A DNA stretch of 64,000 bases. It comes from Azolla caroliniana. Lineage: Eukaryota > Plantae > Polypodiophyta. Positions 12,201-25,349 of this stretch are shown piece after piece. Each line of letters opens with the position of its first letter. Within the stretch, counting starts at the first letter, position 1. The notes beneath the pieces are model-generated. The model did not search any database. It saw nothing but the letters and a program-made list of their open reading frames with translations, and had not been told where the DNA came from. Position numbers and translations under genes: made by a program. Location of the stretch: contig JBHGNT010000008.1 in NCBI GenBank assembly GCA_043228905.1, positions 10,292,001 to 10,356,000 on the forward strand, in the 5' to 3' direction.

Positions 12201-14523
12201 AGGGGTTAAACCGATCGGGTGTAGGTGGGTGTACAAGGTCAAGTACAACACCGATGGCTCGGTCAACCGGTACAAGGCTCAGCTAGTGGCAAAGGGCTAC
12301 GCGTAGAAACACGGCATTGACTACGATGAGATGTTTGCGCCGGTCGCGAAAATGACAACCATCCGTGTTTTACTCGCAGTAGCTACGGTGAAGGGGTGAC
12401 ACTTACATCAGATGGATGTAAAGAATGCGTTCCTGCAAGGTGACCTTGAGGAACAAGTGTACATGGTACAGCCCCCCGGTTTCCACTCCGGAATGAACTC
12501 CTCGGCAGTATGCCGACTGAAGAAGTCCCTTTACGGACTGAAGCAAGCCCCTCGTGCCTGGAACGCGAAGATCACGCAACAACTGCGTCGGATGGGCTTC
12601 ATCACGTCAAAATCAGACTCTTCCCTGTTCATCCGGAAAAGTCGACTCGGACCGGTTAGTATTTTACTATATGTTGATGACTTGGTCATCACCGGCGCCG
12701 ACCTAGGTGAAATTGACCGCGTGAAGCTCCAGCTTGCAGTATCGTTTGACATGAAGGATCTGGGGGACCTTCATTACTTCCTCGGGATCGAAGTGATCCG
12801 TACCCCCGAAGGCATATTGATCAGCCAACGTCATCACATGCTGAGTATGCTCTTCAAATTCGGGATGGCCAACTGTAAGTCCGTCTCGACTCCTCTGGAC
12901 AGAACCGTCAAGCTTCGTCCCGATACGGGAAAGGTATGCGACCCGACGAGGTTCCGACAAATTGTCGGAAGCCTCATATACTTGACCATCACCTGACCCG
13001 ACCTCAGTTATCCGGTCGGAGTGATCAGTCAGTTCATGGCGCGACCTACCGAGGAGCACCTTCAGTGTGCGCAACGCATACTTCGGTATGTCAACGGCAC
13101 TAAGGACCGGGGACTGCTATATCGGACTGGTGCAGCCTCACAGTTAGTCGGCTACACCGATGCTGATTTGGCTGGCAACGCCGCCGATTGTCGATCCACG
13201 TCCGGATACGCGTTCTCCCTCGGGAGTGCCGCGATCGCGTGGAGCAGTAAGAAGCAACCGACAGTTGCACTGTCGAGCACCGAAGCTGAGTACCGAGGAG
13301 CGGCTGTCGCGACATGCGAAGCCATATGGTTGAAGCGGCTACTTAAGGACCTGCAAGAGGAGGTGTCAGATTCGACGACGATCTACTACGACAACCTCAG
13401 CAGCATCCAGCTCGCGAAAAACCCCGTTTTCCACTCACGGACTAAGCACATTGAGGTGCACTACCATTTCGTCCGTGAGCGTGTCCTTTCCGATGAAGTC
13501 GAACTTCAGTACGTGCCGACGGATCGGCAGACTGCCGACATCTTCACTAAGCCTCTTGGTCTAGACAAGTTGCGGCAATTCTCAGGTGCGCTCAGATTGC
13601 TCCACCGCGACGTGCCAAACTTGAGGGGGAGAACAGTCCCGAATGACCAAGCAAGGCAGCAGGAAAGGAGCGGAGACCGCGACACCGAGACCGAGACGGT
13701 TGACTCGGTTGTCGAGTTCAACTTCGGATCGGCTGAAGAAGCCGAGGGCGGACCCGCGGAAAAGTCCGGAAGCGGACAAAAGGGGAGCAGCCGAAGGAGA
13801 GAGCTGAAGCCAACCACGCATGGGGAAGATGACGCCATCGAGGCCGAGAAGACCAAAGATAGCCAACTCGGACGAGAGCGAAAACCGATCGGAGGTAGCC
13901 GAGTCGGTTCGGATGTTTGATTCAGATACGCTGAATCAACCGAGGCCCAAGCAGAAGAAAAGGCAGCAGGAGAAGCGTCAACACCGCAATAGCAGAAGAG
14001 TTGATAAGGGCCACATGAGCAGACAAGCCGACCGGAAGTGTCGAAGCGCGTGGAGTCGAACAGGTCGAGGAGCGCGAGCGAGGCGTGAAGCCAGGAGGAA
14101 CCGGAGCTGTGAGCCCGAAGATCCCGAAGAGTCTCAAGTTGAGCTTGAGGGGGAGTGTTGAGAGACAAGCTCAACATCGGCCGGATCAGTTGGGACCGAT
14201 CGGTTAGGCCGAATGCGTAAACCGGTACGCAGACCGGTGCCTAAACCGGGAGGCCGTTAGGAAAGATATTCCGTGAGGAATATGTTTGGGAGTTAGTGTA
14301 GGAGCTCTCAATGAGCATTGAAGTACTGTCAGTCCTTCTTGGACTTGTATAAAAGTGTTCATTGAACACACATATGTATAGAGTCAAAAATAGAGTGTTG
14401 AATATAGTTTTTGTGTTCTCTCTCTCTCCTCAGTATACTGCGTAAGCTCAAGCTCTCCATTAAACCTGAGCGTTCTTCCTTGTGTTCGGTCTTCATACTT
14501 GCTTCCGCACGCTACTTTTCGCA
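9268..14523 (+). mobile_element. Element D: Ty1/Copia with internal deletions
   Basis: LTRs 9268-9694 and 14156-14523. PBS TGGTATCAGAGC at 9695-9706. PPT TTGAGGGGGAG. Perfect TSD GTCCC. Confidence 0.96.
9767..13920 (+). pseudogene. D gag-PR-INT-RT-RH polyprotein, disrupted, integrase core deleted
   Basis: WYVESGASNHMT (PR), LWHKRIGH, HSDVWGP, YVDDL (RT), SSTEAEY and RTKHIEVHYHF (RH). In-frame stops are present. Confidence 0.93.
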
Positions 14524-17320
14524 GTCCCACCATTGCGCAGAGCTTTCGTCAATCAAGCGTTTGGTCTTGTTCCTCCAAGATTGGACAATGAACTAGATCC
14601 ACTCCAATCCCATCTTCGATTTGTCCTCCGCGGCTTGTTGTTCGTCCTTCAACTGCTTGATGAGTGCCACCGTATCCACCTCTTGCTCCCAGTAATGGGA
14701 CAATTGGGTTTGATAGGTGTTCTGCAACCTTTGCAATACCATTGTCGCTCTTTCCTTCTCTTCATAATGTTGCTTATGGAGCTCCATCCGTTCTTGCGCG
14801 GCTTCCTCCAGTAGTGTGGTTCTTTCAGCCCGTTCCTTTACCAGCGCCATCTCAACTCGATGCACCTCCTATCGAAGCTCGGCCATCCTCTCCTGTTGTT
14901 TCTTATGCTCCGTATCTAGGTGCTTGTAGTTTCGGTGCAGGTGCTCAAAATCATCAGTCTTCTACTTCAGCTTTTGGTTGAGTTGCCGGCGAGCGCGGTC
15001 TTCCCGATCCTTCTGTTGACGGAGTTCCTCTTTCAGTCTTTCGATCTCTATTTCTGCCATCCGTCGCAGCTTCTCCTTTTCTTGCAACGCCTTCTCTTTC
15101 TCCTCCTTCAACCGGTCATAGGACTGATGTCCTTTCCGCAGATTCTCTTCTGCTCGGTGGAGGTTCTCAGCAATCTTTCGTTGCTCTTCTTCTACCACTT
15201 TTTCAAGTCCCGCTCTCGGGTGCGTAATGCTTCCTGTGCGGCTAGTTCATCTCTCAATTCAGCAAGCTCTTTTGCTTGTGCCGCCACTATCTCTAGGACT
15301 AGTTCCGTCTCCAGGGTCTTATTGCTATGTACAGGTGCCGGTGTTTCTTTATTCTGTACATCAACCGAAGTCACCGGTGCTTGGATCGGTGGTCCTGTTA
15401 AGGCCATTTTGGCCAATTTATCTGTGGCCAGGTCCAAGTCTTTTTCTAAGCTCCGGATCCTTGACTGGCCTGTCTCTGGTTCTCTGGTTGTGACGAGCAA
15501 TCGTTCCACCTATGCTTTCTCTTCCGCCTCTATGTAGTCTACCACTCCAGCAATCTGTTCTCCAATCCACCGGAGCCATTGGCTACCGGTGCCCTGTTGT
15601 TGCGTTTGCCTGGAGGGTTGGCTGTTGGTGTCGCTGGCCAGTGGTCGGTTTTGTCTGGTTGCGTCGAGCTGCAACTCTGGCTCTTGTTGGTGACCACTTT
15701 GTCGTTCCGGTTGCGGCTCCGTTGGCCGCTGCGCCTCTGAATGCTCTTGGCCTGCCGGTGGGGTAGGCAACTGTACTTCTGGCGCTTGCATTTCGGGTCT
15801 TGCCGTATCCTGACCCACCGGTAGAGGTTGTTGTGCAGGGAGCTCTGTGACCGGTTCTGTCCGAACCGGTTCCAGTTCCATCCTTGGTGCGGGCTGCTCA
15901 ATGCAGGGTACAGGCTTTCCATCCTTCTTTGGGTCCGAACGCTCCCCGGCTTGTTCGGAGGTGCTTGCCTTCTGGCGCTGTTAGAGGTGCTCTAACGGTT
16001 CTTCCTCTGCTTCCTCCTCCTGAGTCCCGATGTTGATTTTCGTTGCCAAGGGGTCCGACGCTTGTTGAACCGGTCGGTGAAGTCTGATCTTGATTGGCCG
16101 TGCCGGTGGCTCCCCCTGCGTTTCCGCCTACCGCTTCCTATTGGCGCGCTCCTTTGCCACCTGGTCTGTGTCGGCCGCCTTCCCTTTGGTTGCCTTAGAA
16201 GCCAACATCTCTTGCCATTCCGAGGCCGTTTTTGGGGTGCCTTCGGTTGTTCTTCCCCACTTTGTGGTCTTGATGGGCTCGATAGGTAGTGCCAATAGGG
16301 TGAGCCATTGCGCCACTGTCGTCCATATCTTCCGACCCTCTTTGCCTCTGACAAAGTCGATGGCCACATAGAGGCCATCAACAATCAGTACTGCCCAATC
16401 CACCTTCACACCTTCATATGTGGCTATGATTAAGCCAGCCCGGTTCTAAGGCATGCACGGGGGTCGAGGGTATACATGTCCAAATTCATGGAGCACACGG
16501 GCAATCTCTCGAAAGAGTGGATCTTCGCCGCCCTGTGTCCGGTAGGCCTTGTTGGCCAGAGAGTATTCCCCAAAATATTTTCAGAGCTGCTCTAGGGTAG
16601 GGTTGTCGATAGTGAAGATGCCCCCTTCCGGAAGGCCAATCAACGCATGGATGGCCTCCTAAGTGATAAGCTCCATGTCGATTTCCTTGACTATCTTCTC
16701 CGCCTCCCGGTACGGTGGTGCCTCCATGATTGTGAGGAAAGCTTCTAACCCGTGTTGCCTTAGCCACTTCTTGGCTGCTTCAGAGAGTGCTTGGCAGTCC
16801 ATGGCTTCGTCAAGGTCGGTGAGCACTGGTGAGGGTTGTGTGTGAGGAGGCTCTGTGTGCGTGGGCTCACATATGCTGATCTTCAATCGCCTGTCTGCGT
16901 TTGTGCTCATCTGTTCGCGAAATGTGAAGGTTTCTATGTGGTGAGGGTTTTCTTGTTGCATGTTGGCGCCTGTTTTTTTTTTTTTCTTACCCGCGTGTGT
17001 GCACGTCGTGTACTAAAATAGAATGTCGTGCCATGTGGTGGCAGTTTAATAGCCTATTAATAGCCCACTACGTACCTTTTCAAAGTGCCTGTTCACTGCT
17101 TGTTCTTGCATGTGTCTGTTCACTCCTCGCCCTTGCATGATTTACTTTGATTTGATTTGATTTGATTGATTTGATTTATTTATTTATTTATTTTTGCTAA
17201 AAATGGTTTTGTTAATTCGCATCCGGTCCTACTGGACCCCTATTTGGATTGTGGAACTTGCCGGCAGCTAGACGTCTTGCCGTCACGTCTTTCTTGTCGT
17301 TTACTGACTCGTGCTCCCTT

Positions 17321-20300
17321 TTACCGGCTTCGCGCTTGCGACTTACCGGTGTTCGGTTCTATGGCGGCCTTTACTTGTTCAAATGGGTTTCTTAGCATGG
17401 GTCCATTGTATGGTTTCAGTCGGAACCCATTGATCCATTTACCCAGAACCTCGCCGACGAGTGTCCCTAATTGATAGGAACCGTTGAACTCACGTGTAAT
17501 CCAGTATGGTCCGGTCCACTGAAACCGTAGCTTTCCCGGCATCTTACCCATCCGGCTCTGGAATACTAGTACCGGTTTGCCGATTCCAAACATCTTTTCA
17601 TTCCCTTTCCGGTGACGATCCACGAACGCCTTCCTTCGCCGCTGCTCTAGTTCAAGGTGCATGATGCTAGCTAGCTGGTGTTCTTCCAATTCGCACAACG
17701 TGGCTAACCGGATAGCTTCCGATTCCTTCTCATTTAGGCGTTCCCGAATTTGTATTCGTAAACTCGGTACCTGGACCTCTACTGGCATCATTGCTTCCAA
17801 TCCGAATGCTAGGCGAAACGGTGTTGTGTGGATACTTGTCTTATATGTCGTTTGGTAGGCCCAGAGTGCACTGTGAGCTTTGTATCCCAATCCGTCCGGT
17901 TCTCATTGACGATTTCTCACAGGATGTTCTGTAGTGTTTTATTTGTTGACTTCGCTAATACGTTGGCCTGCGGATAATAGGGAGTGCTCCGTTTGTGCAT
18001 TGTGCACCACCACATAGAATGTCGTCAAACTTTCCACTACTTGCCCTAAAAAGTGCCCACCTTGGTCACTTATTAGCTCTATCGGACATCCATACCGGCA
18101 CCAAATGCATTCATATAAAAAATTTGCCGTGGATGTCGTAGTGTTGTCGTGTAGTGCTTTGGCTCCCACCCATTTTGTGCAGTAATCTGTAGCGACAATC
18201 ACGTACCGGTTGCTGGTTGTCATTGCCGGTGATTTGAATGGACTGACAAAATCCAGCCCCCATTTCTGAAATGGTTCTAATGGTAGCATAGGCTGGTGAG
18301 GCATCCTCGCTTGTTCGGTTGGTTGGCCCATTCGCTGACATAGGTCGCATTCTTTAGCGTACCGAACTACATCCTTCAATATTGTCGGCCACCATAATCC
18401 ACTCTGCTATATTTTTCTTGCCGTAGCGTCTTCGACATAATGTCCTCCAGCCACGCCGCAGTGTGCTTCGCGCAATATTATTTCCTTTTCATCGCTGCGC
18501 ATTGCACGCCGCCATATGCCATCTGCGGCTTTCTGGTACAATGTGTCCTATAATAGACAGAAGTGCCGGCTTGGAACCGCTAAGCGTTTCCTTTCGTCTT
18601 TGTTCATCTCCTCCGGAGGTAAGCCGGTGCTCAGAAATTGGTGCATATTGGTGAGCCACTTGTCTTCCTCTGCGACCGTACTATCCATTGTCGTTTCTGT
18701 TGTGACTCTAAACAGCTCTGCATCCGGAAAGTCGTATGGGACTTCGTCACCGGTTTCCCCTGAATCCAACCGGCTTAAATAGTCTACTACCGCATGTTGT
18801 ATGTCGGGTCGGTGGAATATCTCGAACTCAAATTCTTGTAATAGTAACGTCCACCGGGCCAGCTTATCGGTGAATGATCTATGTGAAAGGAAAATTTCCT
18901 TCCCAGTAGATAGTGTCTAAACTTGGTGACACTGTAGATCATACCCAAGGCCTCTCTTTCCATTGTGGAATAATTACATTCCGCTTGGGACAGCTTCTGG
19001 CTGGCATAATACATTGGCCGGTACCATTTCGGTTCTGTAAGTTGCATCAGCGCGCTCCCGATTGTGATGTCGGACGCATCAACGAACACATGGAACTCTT
19101 TAGACCAATCCGGAGGTTGCACCACCGGTGCTTGGGACAACAATACTTTTAGTGCCCGGTAAGCCTGGTCTTCTGTGTCCGTCCATCGGAACGGTGTCCG
19201 ATGTACCGCGACATGCAATGGTGTAGCCAGGTCTGCCAGATACCGGAGCATTCGGCTATGCCACCGAATTTGTCCTAAGAACTGACTTTGTGCCTTTGTC
19301 GTGGCTAGTGCTGGTGCCTCCAGGATTGCTTTTACTTTGTCCGGATCCACTACGATACTGTCCGTGCTCACTATGTGGCCCAGTAACGCTCCGCTGGTTA
19401 CTCCGAACACGCATTTTGCCGGGTTCAGGCTTAGTCGGTAAACCCTACATTTCTCCAGACATAGTCGGAGGTGCTGAAGGTGATCCCCTTCCTGGCTATA
19501 AACAACAAAGTCGTCCAAGAACACCTGCATGAATGCCGGAATGAATTCTCTGAAAATCTCCATGATGATCCGCTGGAAGGTTGCCGACGCCGTTTTCAGT
19601 CTGAACATCATCACTACGGCAACAAAGACTCCCATTCGGTGACAAAAGCGGTTTTCTCCTGGTCGGCGGGGTGCATCCAGATCTGATTATAGTCGCTAAA
19701 ACCGTCTAGAAAACTGTACACCTTATGACCGGCGACCGCATCCAGGACTCCATCCGTGAATGGAAGTGGGAAGGCGTTCGTTACTGTAGCCGCATTCAAT
19801 TTCCGATAGTCGATGCAAACTCTTATCTTACCGTTCTTTTTGGGTACTACGACTATCGGGCTGAGCCATGTGGCTTTCTTTACCAATCGGATGAAGCCCA
19901 CTCTTAGCAACTTGTCGATTTCTTCTTTGACTTTTGCTGCGTAATTCGGGTTCATCCAGTAACGTCGTTGCTCTACTGGTTTTGTGTCTTTACTCAGATG
20001 TATCTAGTGTTGATACAACTAAGGATCGAGTTCCTGCATGTCCTCATAGGACCAGGCGAACACATCGCAAAATTATTTTAGGAGTGTGATCATTGCCGTT
20101 TTCTTCTCCGAGGTCATTTCCTTGGCGATGTGCACCGGTCTTGTGTCCTCTGTGGTACCTAGGTTTACCTCTTCTAGTTGGGATGCTTTCACGCGCTGCT
20201 ATACTGCCATTTCTTTTTCCAGTGCCTCCTATGCTTGCCGTAATTCCCGGATTGCTTCTTTATCCGGTTCCTCGTCGGTCCCGTTCAGTTGCAGTATGTA

Positions 20301-21227
20301 CGTTGATATTGCTTCAGCTACATCAATTTCGAACAAAGGTACGATCTTCGGATTTTCCTGTAAGTATGGATCGACCTCTTCATCCACCAATTCTTCCAGC
20401 ATGTTGACACATTCCGCATATAGCGGCGTTGATTCCTTGCCAGTATCGAATCGTGGTTGAGTCGGTACTCGTACTTTCGCTTTTCCACGCCGGAACGTAA
20501 TTATATTCTTCCTCCAGTTTTGCTTGATATGTGTTGTTTTTAACCAAGGGCGTCCCAACAATAGTGGGTAAGCTCCTTGAGCCTGTAGTTGGAGAACTAC
20601 TGCGGAAATGCGAAATGTGTGACCCCTGATGGTCACTTCCAGATCATGTATTAATCCGGTTGGCCGTACTGAGCTTGTGTCCGCCATCCGAAGACAAAAT
20701 GAGCACGGTTCCCAGTCATGGATTCCTAGAGTGTTACATGTTCGGAGGCTGATTACATTCACACCGGATCCTTCATCGATAATCGTGCTTGGTAGCTCAT
20801 TTCCTTTCACGATGGCTGTGATTGTTGGACTGCTCATGTCCACAACTGCCGGTCCTTCCTCCGGATTCAAAAAGAATGCCAGAGCCGGTGGTGTGTCAGC
20901 TGCCGTCCTTCCTGTCTTCAGTCCTTTCGTCAAGCGTGGTACCATTTGCAATAGCCGGCTTAACGGCATCGTTATTTGGCATTCTTGTAACGCCTGCCAT
21001 GTTGGGTTTTCGGGCTGCCCCGGGTCGGTGAGCTCTTCGGCATTCTCCTTTTGTTGTTCGAGCTCTACCGCATTCCGCTCATTTGCCTTCTTCACCCATT
21101 CGGTTGCCTGCTTCTGGATGACTTCTTGAGTTTCCCACTCCGTGGCTTTGCCTTTTGATCTTGTAGTGCGACTTCCGCGTCTACCATGTTCACCGCTGGT
21201 CGCTTGTCGTAGCTCTTCGTCAGACAT
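17321..21227 (-). pseudogene. C pol: PR-RT-RH-INT, disrupted, no chromodomain seen
   Basis: IIDEGSGVN (PR); WLSPIVVVPKKNGKIRVCIDYRKLN and FLDDF (RT); FVDASD (RH); WGLDF, SDQG, WTGPY (INT). Confidence 0.92.
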
Positions 21228-21229
21228 TG

Positions 21230-22366
21230 ATTACTATAGTGGCCTTCTTACCGGCAATAATAGCAGTACGACTTCCGGGTGTCGCTAGATTCGGCATGTG
21301 TGCTTGGTGGAGGTCCTATGGTAAGTGCTTGGTTTTGGTCCAGTTGGCTGCTTGGAGCGCCCTTTTCTGGTTCCCGTGGATGACCCCCCTTTTTGTTGAA
21401 ATGACGTTTCTTGAAATTCTTTTTGTTTCGGTAACCTTGACGATGTTGGTCGTCATACTTGCCATAGTCGTCCTGTCGGTGGTTGTAACCAGGGGAGTGA
21501 TCCCGCTTGTATCTCTCGTACCGTCCATTATAGTTCCGGTATCTATCCTGTCTGTCATACTGGTCATAACCGTCTCTTCGATCGCTGTATCGGACATCTT
21601 GTGCTGGTCGGTAGCGCTCCTCTCGCCGCCAGCGTTCTTCTTCTTCCTCCTAGTTGCTCCGTGGTTCAATTTGCCGGACCGGTGGTGCTTGCCGATTTAA
21701 CAAGTTATACTCACACCGTTCCATTGTGTGACTTCTGGAGTGGCAGAGCAAGCATTGGGAACGCATGGTGCATTCCAGCGCCGAATGTCCGGCATTCAGG
21801 CATGTCGTACATTGAAATGCTTTCCGGAAACAGAGGTCCTCTTCTGTTGGTAGTGCACATTGACGTGCGCCCATGGTTAGCCATGAACTTGAGGTTTCCA
21901 TTTCCCGAACTCAGTCGATCACTTGATCTATGCTGCTGGTGCGGAAATCAATAACGGTGCAACCGTACGTAAGGGTTCCCGGAGGGCTGCTAAGAATATA
22001 GCCTTTGTTTCTTCCTCCGGTGGTGTCCGGCTGAGCTGACTGTGGATCCGCTGGAGCCGGATGACAAACTGTTGAATGTTCTCCATTGGTTCCTACCGGA
22101 TACTGCAAAATAAGCTTATCATTTCCCGTTGGTCCATCTCCTTGTGAAAGAAATGCAAAAATTTTGTCTTTAATGTTTCAAACGTGGGGATGGTGCTGGG
22201 ATCTTGTGTTCGGTGCCATCTGGCGGCCGGTCCCTCCAAGGTCATGCCGAACTCTGCCCTTTTTGAGCGTTCCTCTTCGGCTGCATTTAAGCGTTGGGAC
22301 ACATGGTTCGCCTCCCAGGTCTGCTGAAATGCATGGACGTGGGCTTCCGCGTCCGGATCATCCCGG
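21230..22366 (-). pseudogene. C gag, downstream part with two CCHC knuckles
   Basis: TLEGPAARW; CTTCLNAGHSALEC; CLLCHSRSHTMERC. Continues across E into 31042-31685. Confidence 0.85.
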
Positions 22367-24179
22367 TGTCGCGTTGTTACGCGCGTGCGTGGAGAAAGGC
22401 GGGACCACGGGGGTCTTGGACTAGGGAGCGACGGAGCGTAGGAAGTCACACTTCATCGTTTCTGGGGCACCCCTGAAACGCACTGGAAGTAGCCGAAGGG
22501 AGAGAGGGAGTGAGAGAGCGTGCTTGACACCGACTCACGCGCGCACACACACACACGCACACACGCACACACGCTCTCTTGTACAGGAAACGTAGGGAAA
22601 GAGGGGAGCACCCGACACCAACAAGACGCCAATATACACAGACAGACGCAAACTTATATGTATATATATATATAAGAAGAATACACTCCCGGCTTCGAGC
22701 CGGACCAAGATAGTTTACAACAGTCGTCTGTTGTCAAGCCGCCGTCGGGGAGCTCTCGGGCTCGTCGCGCCGAGCGGGGTCTTGCACAGGAGATAAGCTG
22801 CAGCCAACCCTAAACGAACACGAAGGGGAAGAAGAAGAAGCAGAAGAAACCTAACCCTAAACCTACCGGTATACCCTCTAATCCAAAATGGGCAACCCCT
22901 TTACAAAGGGTGTTCCCTCCCTTTTATAGAACAAGGAAAGGAAGGCATTACAATGCGGGACAAATCCCGACTTACATGGGATCGTCTGTCCCGACTTGAC
23001 TACTCTTCGACGCCATAAAGGCGCCCTCGATATTCACACTAAATGTACATGGGTGCGTACACACGCTGCACCCCGCCGATGTAGCCAATGTTTCCCGGTT
23101 TTCGCCTATGACTGAAATTCTTCACGACATCCACCCCCACCTAACTGCACGTCCACCGGTATGTGCCAATCTGGTTGAAGGGTGAGAGATTTCGGCCGGT
23201 GAGAAACCGGTCTCCCGTGATCCGCATCTCGGCTCGCTGCCGGTTTGATCCGGCGGCTCCGAGTCTTCCTTCGCGCTCGCCTCCCCGTAGGCTCGTTCGA
23301 CCCGTCGATGGGTCCTCTGCCGCGATCTCCATAGAGCGCGCTCTTCCGTTGGCCCTTGTTTGGCCGTATGAACGCCCGCTTCCCGCCGTATGCCCGATGT
23401 CCTCCGCTTGAGGAATGCCCATGGCAGCCCGCTTGGCCTCCGTTGTCGAATCGTGATGTCCCGATGGTGTTTCACGTCACCTTCGTCCTTCCGCCGCCAC
23501 CTTCCTTCTCCATGGTCTTACATCGCAACGTCGGCTCGAACCGCCATGGTCTCTAGAACAGTGTGGAGGATCCCTTTCCGGCCTTCTCCGCGCTCACCTT
23601 TCCGCTCCAGCACCTCCGTGTGCCACATACCCTCGTCCGTTGTTTGGCACTGCCCATGTTGCACTCCTTGTCGGACTCCTTTCCGGCCAGATCATGCATC
23701 GCTGCTTCCCACATACCGGTGTCCTCTGCATCCGAGGAACACCCCGTAGTAGCCCGCTTGTCCCTTCCCGTCTTCGTGCTGCTGCAACATGTCCTGAGTC
23801 TTCCGCTTGCCGTCGTCCCCCACCAGCTTGTCACCCCGGCTTGTCGTGTCAGTCTTCGTTACTTCGACGGAGCTACCGAGATCTACGAGGCGAGTGTGGA
23901 GGATCCTCCTCCGGCCTCTCTTGCCATCCTGATTCCGACCCTGTGCAGTCCACTAGGCACTTGTCACTTCGTTCTTGGCACCTCCCTTGTGCCGTCTTCC
24001 GCTTCCTTTGTTCGGCCCCGCCCGCGTCGAGCACCGTCCCGTAGTCACGCTTCGATCCGGCCCACGATGGCCACTCGCAAGACTCTTGTTCTGTCCAAGG
24101 TGTGCCTTTCTGGCCTGGCACACCTCCCGTGTTCACCCCTATCGGCTCCTTCCAATACATCGTGTCGTCGGGTCCCGTT

Positions 24180-24700
24180 CCCTACCGCCACCGTCCTTCT
24201 CCCTCGGTCTCACGTTGCCACGTTGGACGAACTGCTGGAGCCTCCGGATCGGTGTGAGGGTCCCATTGGACCGGACTCCGTTTCTATGCTTGCCGAATTC
24301 GGGTGTCTTTTGTTTGAGTCCCTCCCGGACTCTCCTCGTGTCTTCCACGTAGTCAGGTCCCGTTTCCCGCCGCCACCAACCTTCTCTCTCGGTCTCATGT
24401 TGCCACGTTGGCCGAACTGCCGAAGTCTCTGGTTAAGTGTGGAGATCCCGTAGGACCGGACTTCCTTACGCCCATTGTCTTCGTCACCTCGCCGCCACCG
24501 TCAGTATCTTGGTCTTACGTCGACCGCGTTGCCGACTGCCGAAGTCTCTAGAACCGGTGTGAAGGATCCTCCGTAGACCGCCCTTCCGTAGCCCTTGCCT
24601 TCGTCACCTCGCTGCCACCATCAGTATCTTGGTCTTATGTTGACCGCGTTGCCGACTGCCGAAGTCTCTAGAACCAGTGTGAAGGATCCTCCATCGGCGT
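24180..24700. repeat. Degenerate tandem repeats inside E
   Basis: Near-identical ~120-bp units at ~24476-24575 and ~24596-24695. Related units CTCGGTCTCA(C/T)GTTGCCACGTTGG at ~24203 and ~24388. Confidence 0.8.
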
Positions 24701-25349
24701 TCGTCGCCTTCCTGACCCTGTCCCGGGTCGTCCTTTTCCGCATGCCGAGAGGGCGTTTTGTTCCACACCCTCTCCCGTGGTACCGATGTACCGTGTCCTC
24801 GGCCTCTTCGTAGGCCTGCTCTCTTCCTCCCTCCCGGAATGGTCATCCGGGAGTCTGCTCCGTCCGGTTCTCATCCGGGTCCGTTCGTCTTTCTCCGGAT
24901 TGCCGAGTCCCGTTCTCCTGTCGCCACCGTCTCTCGTATAGGACTTGCACCGGCACTCGGGCCTGCAACCTGACCAGTGTAAGGAATCCCATAGGACCGG
25001 TTCTCATTCTCTTTCCTAATCTCGACCTTCGCCCGATCGGTCTTTCTCCGCATGTAAAAGAGGGCGGCTCGTCCCGCACCCCCTTCCGTATCGGCACTTT
25101 CATGCCGAAACCGGACTTGATCGAACGATCCACGACCGGATCACGCTCCACCCGTATCAGAATGCCGATCGCCTCGTGCCGTGTCCGTCCTTGGCCTCTC
25201 GCAGGCCATTTCCCATCCGACTTCGCTGGCATCGTGCCAGGACTCCTCGGTACCGCCATCCATCTCCTCGGTCTGACATGGGCATACGGGCCCGAATGCC
25301 GAATTCTCCGGAATCGAGTCCGTGGGCTTTCGTCTGCTCCTTCCCCGTA

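Larger units (their letters stand above)
8835..16961 (-). pseudogene. C 3' extra ORF (globular N-terminus, low-complexity linker, long coiled coil), split by Copia D
   Basis: ORF fragments 16961-14593 and 9181-8835. Removing D and one TSD copy restores the frame (...DESSAQWWDKWAKHTTEL...MLTKEDF). Confidence 0.75.

Noticed and set aside
22806-22864. ACCCTAAAC / TAACCCTAAAC telomere-like motifs (also TTAGGGTTAGGG at ~52273)
   Set aside because: One or two units only, inside LTRs; telo-box-like motifs are common and this is not a telomeric array.
24476-24695. Regular repeats as a possible CRISPR-like array
   Set aside because: Tandem duplications without unique spacers, in a eukaryotic retroelement context with no cas genes.
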